Positions 1-9,110 of a DNA stretch of 64,000 bases are shown in pieces. This DNA is from Alphaproteobacteria bacterium UBA6376 (lineage in GTDB: Bacteria > Pseudomonadota > Alphaproteobacteria > Rs-D84). The stretch is taken from the NCBI GenBank assembly GCA_002437665.1, contig DJQW01000001.1:65304-129303 (forward strand). Reading direction: 5' to 3'. The notes under the pieces are model-generated. The model saw only the letters and a program-made list of their open reading frames with translations, made no database searches and was not told the DNA's origin. The translations under genes and the position numbers were made by a program. How positions within the stretch are numbered: position 1 is the first letter of the stretch; each line of letters opens with the position of its first letter.

Positions 1-515
1 ATTCGGTGCGCCTGCGCGCGATGATTGAATTGGTGTATGCATCGGGCCTGCGCGTATCAGAATTGTGTGAATTACCCGTAACCGCAATTCTGGGCGATAA
101 ATTACTGATTCATGGCAAGGGGGCCAAGGAACGCATTGTCCCCATGCACGCGGGCGCGGTTGCGGCATTGAATAAATGGCTGGCAATGCGGGACGATGAA
201 AAATCAAAATATGTTTTCCCGTCCGGCGGCGCGTCCGGTCACATCACCCGCGATGGATTTTTCAAAATATTGAAAAAATGCGCCGTTCTGTCGGGCATTG
301 ACCCACACCGCGTGTCACCACACGTACTGCGTCATTCGTTTGCGTCGCACCTGTTGGCGGGGGGCGCGAACCTGCGCGCGATACAAACAATGCTGGGACA
401 CGAAGATATTTCAACAACGCAAATTTATACCCATGTGATGCCGGAACAACTGCGCGAAACGGTTGTGGCGCATCACCCGCTGGGCCATGCAAAATCAATG
501 GATGATATAAAATGA
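1..515 (+). CDS. site-specific tyrosine recombinase, XerC/XerD family (C-terminal part; 5' end lies outside the window)
   Basis: ORF 6..515 is open to the window edge. Catalytic C-terminal motifs HVLRHSFASHLL and LGHEDISTTQIYTHV are typical of Xer recombinases. Confidence 0.8.
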   Translation, partial: SVRLRAMIELVYASGLRVSELCELPVTAILGDKLLIHGKGAKERIVPMHAGAVAALNKWLAMRDDEKSKYVFPSGGASGHITRDGFFKILKKCAVLSGIDPHRVSPHVLRHSFASHLLAGGANLRAIQTMLGHEDISTTQIYTHVMPEQLRETVVAHHPLGHAKSMDDIK

Positions 516-1009
516 TACGTAAATGCGATCATACGGGCTGCAACAAGGCCGGTACATGTCGCGCGCCAAAATCGCGTGATTTGAAAGATTATTGGTGGTT
601 CTGTCAGGAACACGCGGCGGAATATAACAAGAATTGGAATTTCTATGCCGATATGACCCCTGACGAGATTGAGGCCGATTGGGAACGCCAAACATTTGGC
701 GCGCCATTGAAAGACAAGGACGCCGCCAACAAGGACGAAGCGGACTATGTAAAATTCCTGAACGATTTTATCACCGGCCGCAGCGCATTTGACCACGTTG
801 CGCCACGCGCGCGCCCGAACGCCACCATCAGCAATGCGTTAAAAACGTTGGGCCTGCCCCCGACGGCAACAATGCGCGAAATTGGTGCAAAGTACCGTGC
901 GCTGGCAAAAAAATACCACCCCGATACGGGTGGCATGGCACACGCCGCCGAATTTACCAAGGTAAATAATGCATATCAAACATTGAAAAAACATTTCGGC
1001 AAGAAATAA
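512..1009 (+). CDS. J-domain (DnaJ-like) co-chaperone with a Cys-rich N-terminus
   Basis: C-terminal J-domain signature KYRALAKKYHPDTGG. N-terminal CxxC-rich segment. ATGA overlap with the xer stop codon. Confidence 0.7.
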   Translation: MIRKCDHTGCNKAGTCRAPKSRDLKDYWWFCQEHAAEYNKNWNFYADMTPDEIEADWERQTFGAPLKDKDAANKDEADYVKFLNDFITGRSAFDHVAPRARPNATISNALKTLGLPPTATMREIGAKYRALAKKYHPDTGGMAHAAEFTKVNNAYQTLKKHFGKK

Positions 1010-1013
1010 AGAA

Positions 1014-1042
1014 CAGCGCGCCAATGGCGCGCTGATTTTTTA
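1014..1042 (+). terminator. rho-independent terminator after the J-domain gene
   Basis: Hairpin cagcgcgcc-aatg-ggcgcgctg followed by a T-run. Confidence 0.6.
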
Positions 1043-1321
1043 TTCTGAATAACAACACTTTTCTTGATATACCTCTGTCCCAGAACCAATACTGTTTTCA
1101 AATTCCACCTCTGTCCCTGATGCAAAGCAACACGATGTTATACCACCGGTATTTTTATCGACCGTTGTTGGGTACTGGTCACCCACCGACGGACACCGAT
1201 AGCAATTTGAACCAACCAGATAGTAACCGGCCTCGCACGAATACGATGTTGTTGTCGTGCATGCCGCATGCGCAACATTCACAATAAATATAACAAATAA
1301 TGCAGTAATAATTTTTTTCAT
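1040..1321 (-). CDS. small secreted cysteine-rich protein (hypothetical)
   Basis: Start refined to MKKIITALFVIFIVNVAHA, a signal peptide. The mature part has 9 Cys. It lies 11 nt downstream of a second Cys-rich gene, so a likely operon. Confidence 0.5.
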   Translation of the reverse strand: MKKIITALFVIFIVNVAHAACTTTTSYSCEAGYYLVGSNCYRCPSVGDQYPTTVDKNTGGITSCCFASGTEVEFENSIGSGTEVYQEKCCYSE

Positions 1322-1332
1322 ATCTCTCACTC

Positions 1333-1731
1333 TTATTCTTTCATACATGCTGTACAAGCATTAATAATCGAACCAGATGCAACTGGACAACATGTCTTAC
1401 ATACATCTGCATCACACGCCTTGGCGCAATACCAACGCTCTTCGCTGGTGGTGTTGCACGAACCATACATTGTTGTTACATATCTGTGATTTGTCGTATC
1501 GTGGGTTGTACCTGATGTACGTTTGCAGGTATCGGAATAATTCGTCCACCCTGATGGACAAACGTCCTCCAACACTGAATAACACGCCGCCAACGAACAT
1601 TTTTTTGCACACTCAGACGACGATGTATAATAAAGTTCAAGTTTAGTACCCGGATCTAATGGATCCAATGCCGCCGCAAATGCGCACGGCATCATGACCA
1701 GCATCAGTGGAATCGCAAACAGTTTTCTCAT
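1333..1731 (-). CDS. small secreted cysteine-rich protein (hypothetical)
   Basis: Start refined to MRKLFAIPLMLVMMPCAFAAA, a signal peptide. About 15 Cys in the mature region. Preceded by GGGGGTGTGAA-ATG. Confidence 0.5.
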   Translation of the reverse strand: MRKLFAIPLMLVMMPCAFAAALDPLDPGTKLELYYTSSSECAKKCSLAACYSVLEDVCPSGWTNYSDTCKRTSGTTHDTTNHRYVTTMYGSCNTTSEERWYCAKACDADVCKTCCPVASGSIINACTACMKE

Positions 1732-1875
1732 TTCACACCCCCATGTGTTGTTTTTCACAAACAAAAAACCACCGAAACAATTCAGGTGGTTGGAGGTTCG
1801 AAACAATTATCAAGAATTGTGTGCCTATTCAATATATTCAGCCACCCTCCAACCGCTTGGTTGGGGGTGACGGCA
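1732..1875 (-). promoter_or_regulatory. structured 5' leader (large hairpin plus terminator-like hairpin) upstream of the Cys-rich secreted gene pair
   Basis: On the minus strand: GGTTGGAGGGT, a loop of about 45 nt, AACCTCCAACCACC, then CCACC..GGTGG plus a U-tract, then GGGGGTGTGAA ATG. The same architecture occurs at 21167-21320. Confidence 0.45.
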
Positions 1876-2039
1876 CAAGAAAACAAAACATCGCAAGGAC
1901 GCAAATCCATGCGATGCCGAAATCTCTACCGTCTGTATTTTATGCCGCACTTGTGCGGTCATCTTGATAAAGGGTTTCGACACCCCGCCAATGGAACACC
2001 CACCGGCAAAAGAATACTAGAATAAAAAGAAACTGGACA

Positions 2040-2280
2040 CAAGGGAAAAATGTTTTGTGCCGATTATGAATAGGCAAATTTGAATAAATTAGAATGGTGG
2101 TAGATATGCGAGAGGCGGGTTGCGTAGTGTCAGCCGACCGCGAATAAATTAGAATGGTGCAGATGACACGTGGGGCGGAGAATCAGCCGATTATGAATAA
2201 ATTAGAATGGTGGTATCTATGCGTGAGGCGGGTTGCGTAGTGTACAATCAGTTACATGAGCAACCCGCGTCGCACATAGA
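2040..2280. repeat. array of short repeats with embedded palindromes (non-CRISPR)
   Basis: Three copies of gaataaattagaatggtg at about 57-58 bp spacing. gccgattatgaata occurs twice. The intervening segments resemble each other (gcg(a/t)gaggcgggttgcgtagtg). A long hairpin ggtatctatgcgtgaggcgggttgc...gcaacccgcgtcgcacatagatacc. Confidence 0.7.
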
Positions 2281-2287
2281 TACCCCA

Positions 2288-3193
2288 TTATAATTTATTC
2301 AGGTATGCGATGGCGTCCATGGCCGCCGTACACCCCGTTCCGACGGCGGTTGCAATCTGCATTTTTATATCGGATTCAACATCGCCGGCAACAAACATAC
2401 CGGTGGGCAACGCTGATGGGGCAATGCGCCCCATGTTGTCACGGGCGACATCTTCGGTCAGGTAATCTGTGTTGGCCTCGTGCCCGATGGCAACGAAAAT
2501 GCCGTCAACGGTGATGACATCACCGGTGGTGGTGGTTGCCGCCAAACGATCATCGGCGGTCTGTTCAATTTTAACCAAATCGGTATTAAACAGGCATTCA
2601 ATATTTTCACGTTCGGCAACGCGGCTGCGCACGATGGCCTCGGCACGGGTGAATGCACCCTTGCGATATACGATTTTTACGGTCTTGGCAATGTCAGACA
2701 GATACAACGCGTCGTTCAATGCACTGTTACCACCACCGATAACGATGACTTCTTTGTCATAGTAAAAGAATCCATCACATGTGGCGCAATACGATACGCC
2801 ATGGCCAAACAGTTCGCGCGCGCCCGCAATTTCCAATTTGCGTGGTGACGCGCCGGTGGCAATGATGACAGATTTGCCAACGTATTTTTGGCCATTGTCG
2901 CACGCGACATTAAATGCGCCGACCGCATCACCAGAAATTGTTTTGGCAGATGTGAATACAACCTCGGCCCCGAATGATGTTGCCTGATTTTTCATAAATT
3001 CCGCCAGTTCTGCGCCATTGCCGGCCCACCCTGGGTAATTTTCCAATTTGGCAATGCCCGCCATTTGACCGCCCAGTGTATCGCCACCCAGAACGATGGT
3101 CTTTTTCCCACCGCGCGCGCAATACAGTGCCGCCGTCAGCCCCGCCGGCCCCGACCCCAGAATAATCACATCATACATAACAATATCGGTCAT
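2288..3193 (-). CDS. trxB: thioredoxin-disulfide reductase
   Basis: MTDIVMYDVIILGSGPAGLTAALY FAD motif and redox-active CATCDGFFY. Start chosen at MTDIV, with a GGAAAGG RBS upstream. Confidence 0.9.
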   Translation of the reverse strand: MTDIVMYDVIILGSGPAGLTAALYCARGGKKTIVLGGDTLGGQMAGIAKLENYPGWAGNGAELAEFMKNQATSFGAEVVFTSAKTISGDAVGAFNVACDNGQKYVGKSVIIATGASPRKLEIAGARELFGHGVSYCATCDGFFYYDKEVIVIGGGNSALNDALYLSDIAKTVKIVYRKGAFTRAEAIVRSRVAERENIECLFNTDLVKIEQTADDRLAATTTTGDVITVDGIFVAIGHEANTDYLTEDVARDNMGRIAPSALPTGMFVAGDVESDIKMQIATAVGTGCTAAMDAIAYLNKL

Positions 3194-3454
3194 GATACCC
3201 TTTCCTTTTTGTACTATTATTTTCGCACAGCATAGCATAACAGCACGGCGCACGCAAATCAAAGATTATATTGATTTTGCCCTGAAATAAAATTATAATA
3301 CCCGCGTTATGTCAGATAGTTATGTATTTTTCAGTCGCACATCATCCCCGTTGGGGGAATAATTTTTGCATATTTAATTACATAAAATAATTGCGATTTA
3401 CATCGCACAACCTTATTATAAAGCACATACATAAAAACCCGAAGGATTTAGAAA

Positions 3455-4732
3455 ATGTTGGACATCAGATTTATTCGCGAAAACCCAGACGTGGTTAAAA
3501 ACGCATGCCGTGTCAAGGGATTCGAAGATCACATTGACGAACTGTTGGCATTGGACGCACGCGTGCGCGAATTGAAAACAGCGACACAAACAATGACGGC
3601 TGAAAAGAACAAGGTTACACGTGAAATTCCAACCGCAACCGACAAAGCCCCACTGATTGCACGCAGCAAGGAAATTGCAAACGAAATCGCCGCCGACATG
3701 GCGGAATTGGCGGACAAAGAAGCCGCGCTGAATGATTTAATGCATCGCGTACCACAAATCCCAGATGCGTCCGCCCCAATCGGCCCAGACGACAGTGCAA
3801 ACGTAGAGGTTCGTCGTGTCGGCGCACCACGCGAATTTGATTTCACCCCACGTGCCCAGTGGGATTTACTGGACATGAATGGTTGGTGGTTGCCTGAAAA
3901 AATCGGCAAGATTTGCGGCACACGCACATACGCATTGGTTGGCGAAGCCGCCGAATTGCAACTGGCGATTGAAACATATGTTATTCAAAAATTGATTGCA
4001 AAAGGGTTCACATTTATTGAATGCCCATCTATCACCAAACCACAAACGATTTTCGACGCGGGCCACTTTATGGGCTCTGACCTGTCGGTGATGGACAACG
4101 ACGTATTTATGCTGGCGGGCACAGACCGTTGTTTGGCGGGCACGGCGGAAATCATTTTGAACTCGCTGCACGGTGGCGAAATTCTGAACGAACGCGATTT
4201 GCCAATTAAATACGCTGGATTTTCACCCTGCTTTCGCAAAGAAGCCGGTGCGGCGGGACGCGACACACGTGGACTGGCCCGTTTCCACCAGTTTAACAAG
4301 GTGGAACAGTACATCTATTGCACCCCAGCGCAGTCGAACGAAATGCACGAACACATTTTGAACAATTTGTGCGAGGTCATGGAAGATTTGGAATTGCCAT
4401 ATCGCGTAATTGCAAATTCCACTGGCGACATGGGTTTCAACAAGGTGAAAATGAATGATGTTGAGGCATGGGTTCCATCTGAAAACGCATACAAAGAATT
4501 GGGCAGTTGTTCGTCCATCGGTCAATTTCAGGCGCGCCGCACCAATACCCGTTATCGCGATGCAAACGGCGATGTACAATACGTTGCGACACTGAATAAC
4601 ACGGGTATTGCCGTGCCACGTGCACTGGTTCCTGTTTTGGAAAATCACCAGAATGCCGACGGCAGCGTGAATATTCCAAAGAAGTTGCAACCCCTGATGG
4701 GTGGTCGCACCAAGATTGGTGGCAAGCATTAA
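3455..4732 (+). CDS. serS: serine--tRNA ligase
   Basis: N-terminal MLDIRFIRENPD and the class II aaRS core are typical of SerS. Confidence 0.95.
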   Translation: MLDIRFIRENPDVVKNACRVKGFEDHIDELLALDARVRELKTATQTMTAEKNKVTREIPTATDKAPLIARSKEIANEIAADMAELADKEAALNDLMHRVPQIPDASAPIGPDDSANVEVRRVGAPREFDFTPRAQWDLLDMNGWWLPEKIGKICGTRTYALVGEAAELQLAIETYVIQKLIAKGFTFIECPSITKPQTIFDAGHFMGSDLSVMDNDVFMLAGTDRCLAGTAEIILNSLHGGEILNERDLPIKYAGFSPCFRKEAGAAGRDTRGLARFHQFNKVEQYIYCTPAQSNEMHEHILNNLCEVMEDLELPYRVIANSTGDMGFNKVKMNDVEAWVPSENAYKELGSCSSIGQFQARRTNTRYRDANGDVQYVATLNNTGIAVPRALVPVLENHQNADGSVNIPKKLQPLMGGRTKIGGKH

Positions 4733-4735
4733 AAA

Positions 4736-4759
4736 ACGGGGCAATGCCCCGTTTTTTTA
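4736..4759. terminator. bidirectional rho-independent terminator
   Basis: Hairpin acggggcaatgccccgt with an A-run on one side and a T-run on the other. It sits between convergent serS and the 4757-5272 gene. The identical hairpin recurs at 8992. Confidence 0.65.
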
Positions 4760-5272
4760 TTTCTGGAATTGCTTTTTCGCCGCAAAATATTTCAGTGGCA
4801 AAAATCCAAAATACAAATCTTTGAATTTGTTTTTTGACACCACATAATTCCATTTCTTTATCGCAGTCAGCAAATTGCGTTGTTCAAATTCAAATTTTTC
4901 ATTTCTGTAAAAGTTCTCCAATGTGTGCATCATTTGCATATATTCCAAATACACTGTGTTATCTTGCGTACCATATGGAATAAACACACTGGGCGCGATA
5001 AGCATATCTTCTTTTGCGCGTGTGGCATAATCTGCATATTTACGCGGGTTTTCGGCAATTTTGTGCAACTTGTAAAAAGAACGATAAAATTCTTGTGCTT
5101 CGGCGTAAAAATCGACCGATTTCTTTGTCTTGCGTGCCAAACGTTCATAATTCGCGTTCAACACATCTTCGACCGATGTGAAAAATTTTGCCACCGTCGC
5201 ATTCCAATCAACATACAATAAATCAAATCTGTCCATGTTAAATACCCCTTGTTCCATATACAATATAGACAA
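4757..5272 (-). CDS. hypothetical protein (AT-rich orphan gene)
   Basis: 171-aa ORF with no recognisable motifs. Visibly more AT-rich than its neighbours. Confidence 0.4.
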   Translation of the reverse strand: MSILYMEQGVFNMDRFDLLYVDWNATVAKFFTSVEDVLNANYERLARKTKKSVDFYAEAQEFYRSFYKLHKIAENPRKYADYATRAKEDMLIAPSVFIPYGTQDNTVYLEYMQMMHTLENFYRNEKFEFEQRNLLTAIKKWNYVVSKNKFKDLYFGFLPLKYFAAKKQFQK

Positions 5273-5378
5273 ATTTGTTAAAATGTCAATTTTTTAAGTA
5301 ATTTTTAATGATAATTTCTTGAATTTTGAAAATTATGGTATAATCTAGCGGTTACGAAAAAATTTTAAGGCAAAGCAC

Positions 5379-7208
5379 ATGAATATTCGCAATATTGCAA
5401 TCATTGCACACGTTGACCACGGCAAAACGACCTTGGTCGACAATATGTTGAAACAGGCCGGCACATTCCGCGCCAATGAAAAGGTCGAAGATCGCGTCAT
5501 GGACAGTGGCGATATTGAACGCGAACGCGGTATTACTATTTCGGCAAAGCCAACCTCTATTTTGTGGCACGATTATAAAATCAATATCGTTGACACCCCA
5601 GGGCACGCGGACTTTGGCGGCGAAGTGGAACGTATTTTGTCCATGGTTGACGGTGTGGTTCTGTTGGTTGATGCAGCCGAAGGGCCCCTGCCCCAAACCA
5701 AATTCGTTTTGTCCAAGGCATTGAAACTGGGCCTGCGTCCAATCGTTTGCATCAACAAGGTTGATCGTTCTGATGCCCGCCCTGATGAAGTGCTGAGTGA
5801 AACATTTGACCTGTTTGATAAATTGGGCGCAACCGATGAACAGTTGGATTTCCCATATCTGTACGCCGTTGGTCGTGACGGTTGGGCGGTGCGCGATTTG
5901 AATGACCCGCACAAAGATTTGACCCCACTGTTTGAACTGATTGTAAATCATGTGCCCGCACCTGATTGCAATGGCACACGTTGCCAACTGGACGCGCCTT
6001 TTTCCATGTTGGCCACCACGTTGGAGGCCGATCCATACGTCGGTCGTATTTTGACCGGCAAAATTGAATCCGGTACTGTTCACGTTGGCCAAGCGGTCAA
6101 GGCAATCAATATGCAAGGCGAATTTGTCGAAAACGCCAAGATTACAAAAATCATTGAACACCGCGGTGTTGAAAAAATTTCACGCGACAGTGCGTCTGCG
6201 GGCGACATTGTCGTTGTTGCCGGTTTTTCCAAGGCAACCGTGGCGGACACCCTGTGTGATCCATCGGTTACAGAACCAATTCCCGCAATGCCGATTGACC
6301 CACCAACCCTGACCATGACATTCTTTGTGAACACATCGCCATTGGCCGGTAAATCGGGCAAGAAATTGACATCGCGCATGATTGGCGAACGCCTGTTCAA
6401 AGAAGCGGAAACAAACATCGCGTTAAAGGTCACACAAAGCGCGAACAATGAATCGTTTGAGGTTTCTGGTCGTGGTGAATTGCAGTTGGGTATTCTGATT
6501 GAAACAATGCGCCGCGAAGGATTTGAATTGTCTGTATCGCGTCCACGCGTTGTTATGCACGAAGGTGAAGACGGCGAAAAGTTAGAACCAATCGAAGAAG
6601 TTGTTATCGATGTTGATGATGAATTTTCTGGCGTCGTTATCGAAAAGATGACCAAGCGCAAGGCAACAATCACCGAAATGAAGGCGTCTGGTGCGGGCAA
6701 AACACGTATCGTATTTTCTGCACCATCACGTGGGCTGATTGGTTACCTGTCTGAATTTCGTACCGACACACGTGGCACGGGTATTATGAACCGCGTGTTT
6801 GATAAATATGGCCCATATCGTGGCCCGATTGTTCAGTATCGCCCAGGCGTGCTGGTATCAATGGAAAACGGTGTCACCGCGACATACGCCCTGTTCAACC
6901 TGCAACCACGTGGCACACTGTTTGTTGGCCCCCAGACCGAAGTTTATTCCGGTATGATTATCGGCGAACACAGCAAAGAAAATGATTTGGAGGTAAATCC
7001 AGTCAAGGGTAAAGAACTGACCAACGTCCGCAGCGTGACCGCTGATGAAAAACTGTTCTTGGCCCCACCGCGCAAGATGTCACTGGAAGAAGCCCTGTCT
7101 TATATTCAGGACGACGAATTGGTAGAGGTTACCCCCGCGACAATTCGTCTGCGCAAGAAAGAATTGGACAGCAACATTCGTAAAAAGACACGTAAAAACG
7201 TTGAATAA
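5379..7208 (+). CDS. typA: translational GTPase TypA/BipA
   Basis: AIIAHVDHGKTTLVD G1 motif, DTPGHADF, NKVDR. The length and C-terminus are typical of BipA. Confidence 0.95.
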   Translation: MNIRNIAIIAHVDHGKTTLVDNMLKQAGTFRANEKVEDRVMDSGDIERERGITISAKPTSILWHDYKINIVDTPGHADFGGEVERILSMVDGVVLLVDAAEGPLPQTKFVLSKALKLGLRPIVCINKVDRSDARPDEVLSETFDLFDKLGATDEQLDFPYLYAVGRDGWAVRDLNDPHKDLTPLFELIVNHVPAPDCNGTRCQLDAPFSMLATTLEADPYVGRILTGKIESGTVHVGQAVKAINMQGEFVENAKITKIIEHRGVEKISRDSASAGDIVVVAGFSKATVADTLCDPSVTEPIPAMPIDPPTLTMTFFVNTSPLAGKSGKKLTSRMIGERLFKEAETNIALKVTQSANNESFEVSGRGELQLGILIETMRREGFELSVSRPRVVMHEGEDGEKLEPIEEVVIDVDDEFSGVVIEKMTKRKATITEMKASGAGKTRIVFSAPSRGLIGYLSEFRTDTRGTGIMNRVFDKYGPYRGPIVQYRPGVLVSMENGVTATYALFNLQPRGTLFVGPQTEVYSGMIIGEHSKENDLEVNPVKGKELTNVRSVTADEKLFLAPPRKMSLEEALSYIQDDELVEVTPATIRLRKKELDSNIRKKTRKNVE

Positions 7209-7211
7209 AAA

Positions 7212-7236
7212 ATGCGCCATCTGGCGCATTTTTTTG
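7212..7236 (+). terminator. rho-independent terminator after typA
   Basis: atgcgccatctggcgcat hairpin plus a T-run. Confidence 0.65.
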
Positions 7237-7282
7237 ACTTTTATCCTGTTGTTGAAATTTCTATAAAAAATGTGTACATTAT

Positions 7283-8134
7283 ATGTATATGAAACGCAGA
7301 TTATTTCTTTTGGCGGGTTATAATGCCCACGGTTTAATTGATGAATCACTGATTTTTTATATTCAGGCATTGGCGGCATGCGGCGATGTTGTGCTGTGCA
7401 TGGATTCTGATTGCAGTGCCGCTGAATTACAGCGGGTTGCACCATACGTCTTGCACGCGACCGCGCAACGTCACGGCGAATACGATTTCGGTTCATACAA
7501 GCGTGCATACATGTATGCGGCGGACGCCGACATTTTGAAAAATTACGAATTTGTGTATATGGTAAATGATTCTGTGTATGGCCCACTGATGGACATAGAA
7601 CCATCGCTGCGCCGTATGGAAGCATTAAATCGCGACGCGTTTGGTCTGGTGTATAATCCAACGGCATCGCGTCCGCATATTCAGTCATGGTTTATTGGTA
7701 TGCGCAAAAATGTATTCTTGTCCCCATGGTACGACGAATTTATGCGCGCCATTACCCGTCAACCGGACAAAGGGTCAATCACATACCTGTACGAACAGGG
7801 ATTCACCGAAATGCTGCGCGCACACCGCGTAAAATTTGCATGTTTGTATAATTGCCCCGGACGCAGTGTGTATAACAATGTTGCTGCCCTGTTCCGTCGT
7901 GGTATGCCATTTATGAAAAAGGTTGCGTTCAGTCGCGCAGACGGCGCATTGGGAAATCGCATTTTGTATATCTTACGCAATACGTCGCCCGCGGTGCGCG
8001 ATATGATTTTGGCATCGGCACGCCGCACATGGGGCGACGAATATATCAAATGGTTACTGACACGCAACCCAATAAAAATCACATATCGTCATATCAAACA
8101 CGCTTTGCGCAAGATATTTATAGAGGGGCTGTAA
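7283..8134 (+). CDS. putative polysaccharide/LPS biosynthesis protein (glycosyltransferase-like, possibly of the rhamnan-synthesis-F type)
   Basis: Sits in the glycosyltransferase cluster. The motifs are only weakly recognisable. Confidence 0.4.
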   Translation: MYMKRRLFLLAGYNAHGLIDESLIFYIQALAACGDVVLCMDSDCSAAELQRVAPYVLHATAQRHGEYDFGSYKRAYMYAADADILKNYEFVYMVNDSVYGPLMDIEPSLRRMEALNRDAFGLVYNPTASRPHIQSWFIGMRKNVFLSPWYDEFMRAITRQPDKGSITYLYEQGFTEMLRAHRVKFACLYNCPGRSVYNNVAALFRRGMPFMKKVAFSRADGALGNRILYILRNTSPAVRDMILASARRTWGDEYIKWLLTRNPIKITYRHIKHALRKIFIEGL

Positions 8135-8986
8135 ATGAAAAAAACACAACCACAAAAATCAGACATTCGTATTGCCGCCGTGACAATGGCACGCAATGAT
8201 GAATTTTTCTTGAACCGCTGGATTAAATATTACGGCGGACAAATCGGGTCTGAAAACCTGTATATCTATCTGGACGGATTGGATCAAAAAATCCCATCAG
8301 GTCACGCGAACGCCAACATAACAAAATTACCGCATCGTGACGAAGAACGCCAACGCGGGGACAAGACGCGCATATTACTGTTATCTGATTTGGCGAAAAA
8401 ATTATTCGCCGATGGTTACGATATCGTCATCGGTTGCGATTGCGATGAATTTCTGGTTGTTGACCCTGACATCAAAACAACATTGCCACAGTATTTGTCC
8501 AAAATTAAAAATCGCATAACGGTGTCCGGATTGGGTCTGGACGTTGGAATGGATTTAGAATCCGAAAGTGCATTGGATATAAACGCGCCATTTTTGACCC
8601 AGCGTAAATATGCCGTTCTGTCCACCCGCTATACCAAACCGGTTGTTTTGTTCCGTCCCCGCACATGGGGCAGCGGTTTCCACAGTGTCAAAGGCACAAA
8701 TTTCCACATTGATAAAAATCTGTATCTGTTGCATTTTGGCGGCGTGGATTTGGACATGATAAAAAATAAAATCGGCGACCGCACTGCATCATGGGGCGCG
8801 CACCTGAAAAAGCGCGCGCGCACGATTGACATTATCACACGCGCCCAAAACAAGAATCATTCAATGCGCGCCGCACGCATATTGCAAACGTTCCTGCGCC
8901 CAATTTATGATTTGAACAAGCCCGCAATGCTGGGTCTGAAATGGGTTGCAACAATCCCATCGCGTTTTGTAAAAACAGGAATATAA
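8135..8986 (+). CDS. putative glycosyltransferase (GT-A fold)
   Basis: N-terminal AAVTMARNDEFFLNRWIKYY and an acidic IVIGCDCDEF motif. Start is adjacent to the stop of the previous gene. Confidence 0.5.
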   Translation: MKKTQPQKSDIRIAAVTMARNDEFFLNRWIKYYGGQIGSENLYIYLDGLDQKIPSGHANANITKLPHRDEERQRGDKTRILLLSDLAKKLFADGYDIVIGCDCDEFLVVDPDIKTTLPQYLSKIKNRITVSGLGLDVGMDLESESALDINAPFLTQRKYAVLSTRYTKPVVLFRPRTWGSGFHSVKGTNFHIDKNLYLLHFGGVDLDMIKNKIGDRTASWGAHLKKRARTIDIITRAQNKNHSMRAARILQTFLRPIYDLNKPAMLGLKWVATIPSRFVKTGI

Positions 8987-8991
8987 CACAA

Positions 8992-9012
8992 ACGGGGCAA
9001 TGCCCCGTTTTT
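8992..9012 (+). terminator. rho-independent terminator
   Basis: acggggcaatgccccgt plus ttttt. The hairpin sequence is identical to the one at 4736. Confidence 0.6.
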
Positions 9013-9110
9013 CAAAGTTCAAATACCAAAGTTCAAAGTGCAAATAATGTGTGCGCCATTCGGCGCACTGCTTTATTCATTTGAACTTTGAACTCTGAAC
9101 TTTTAACTTT
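9012..9110. repeat. palindromic repeat element (family A: ttgaactttgaactctgaac arms around a gtgcgcc..ggcgcac core)
   Basis: Arms caaagttcaaagtgcaaataa and ttattcatttgaactttgaactctgaac around the hairpin gtgcgccattcggcgcac. Related copies at 57543, 62655 and, partially, 20089. Confidence 0.75.

Noticed and set aside
2040-2280. Possible CRISPR array (regularly spaced 18-19 bp repeat with about 38-bp intervening segments)
   Set aside because: Only three short repeats. The intervening segments are similar to each other and palindromic rather than unique spacers. There are no cas genes nearby. The repeat is shorter than CRISPR repeats.
5319-5344. Sigma-70-like promoter for typA (TTGAAT ... TATAAT)
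   Set aside because: The spacer between the hexamers is only about 14 nt, which is too short for a canonical promoter. It was not reported as a feature.
5352-6161. 269-aa reverse-strand ORF inside typA, and similar long antisense ORFs (6080-6700 within typA; 16010-16681 within mltA; 39449-40429 and 40523-41104 opposite lolD and lolC; 25048-25611 opposite the AddB-like gene)
   Set aside because: These are shadow ORFs on the opposite strand of confidently identified conserved genes. They have no motifs and odd composition.
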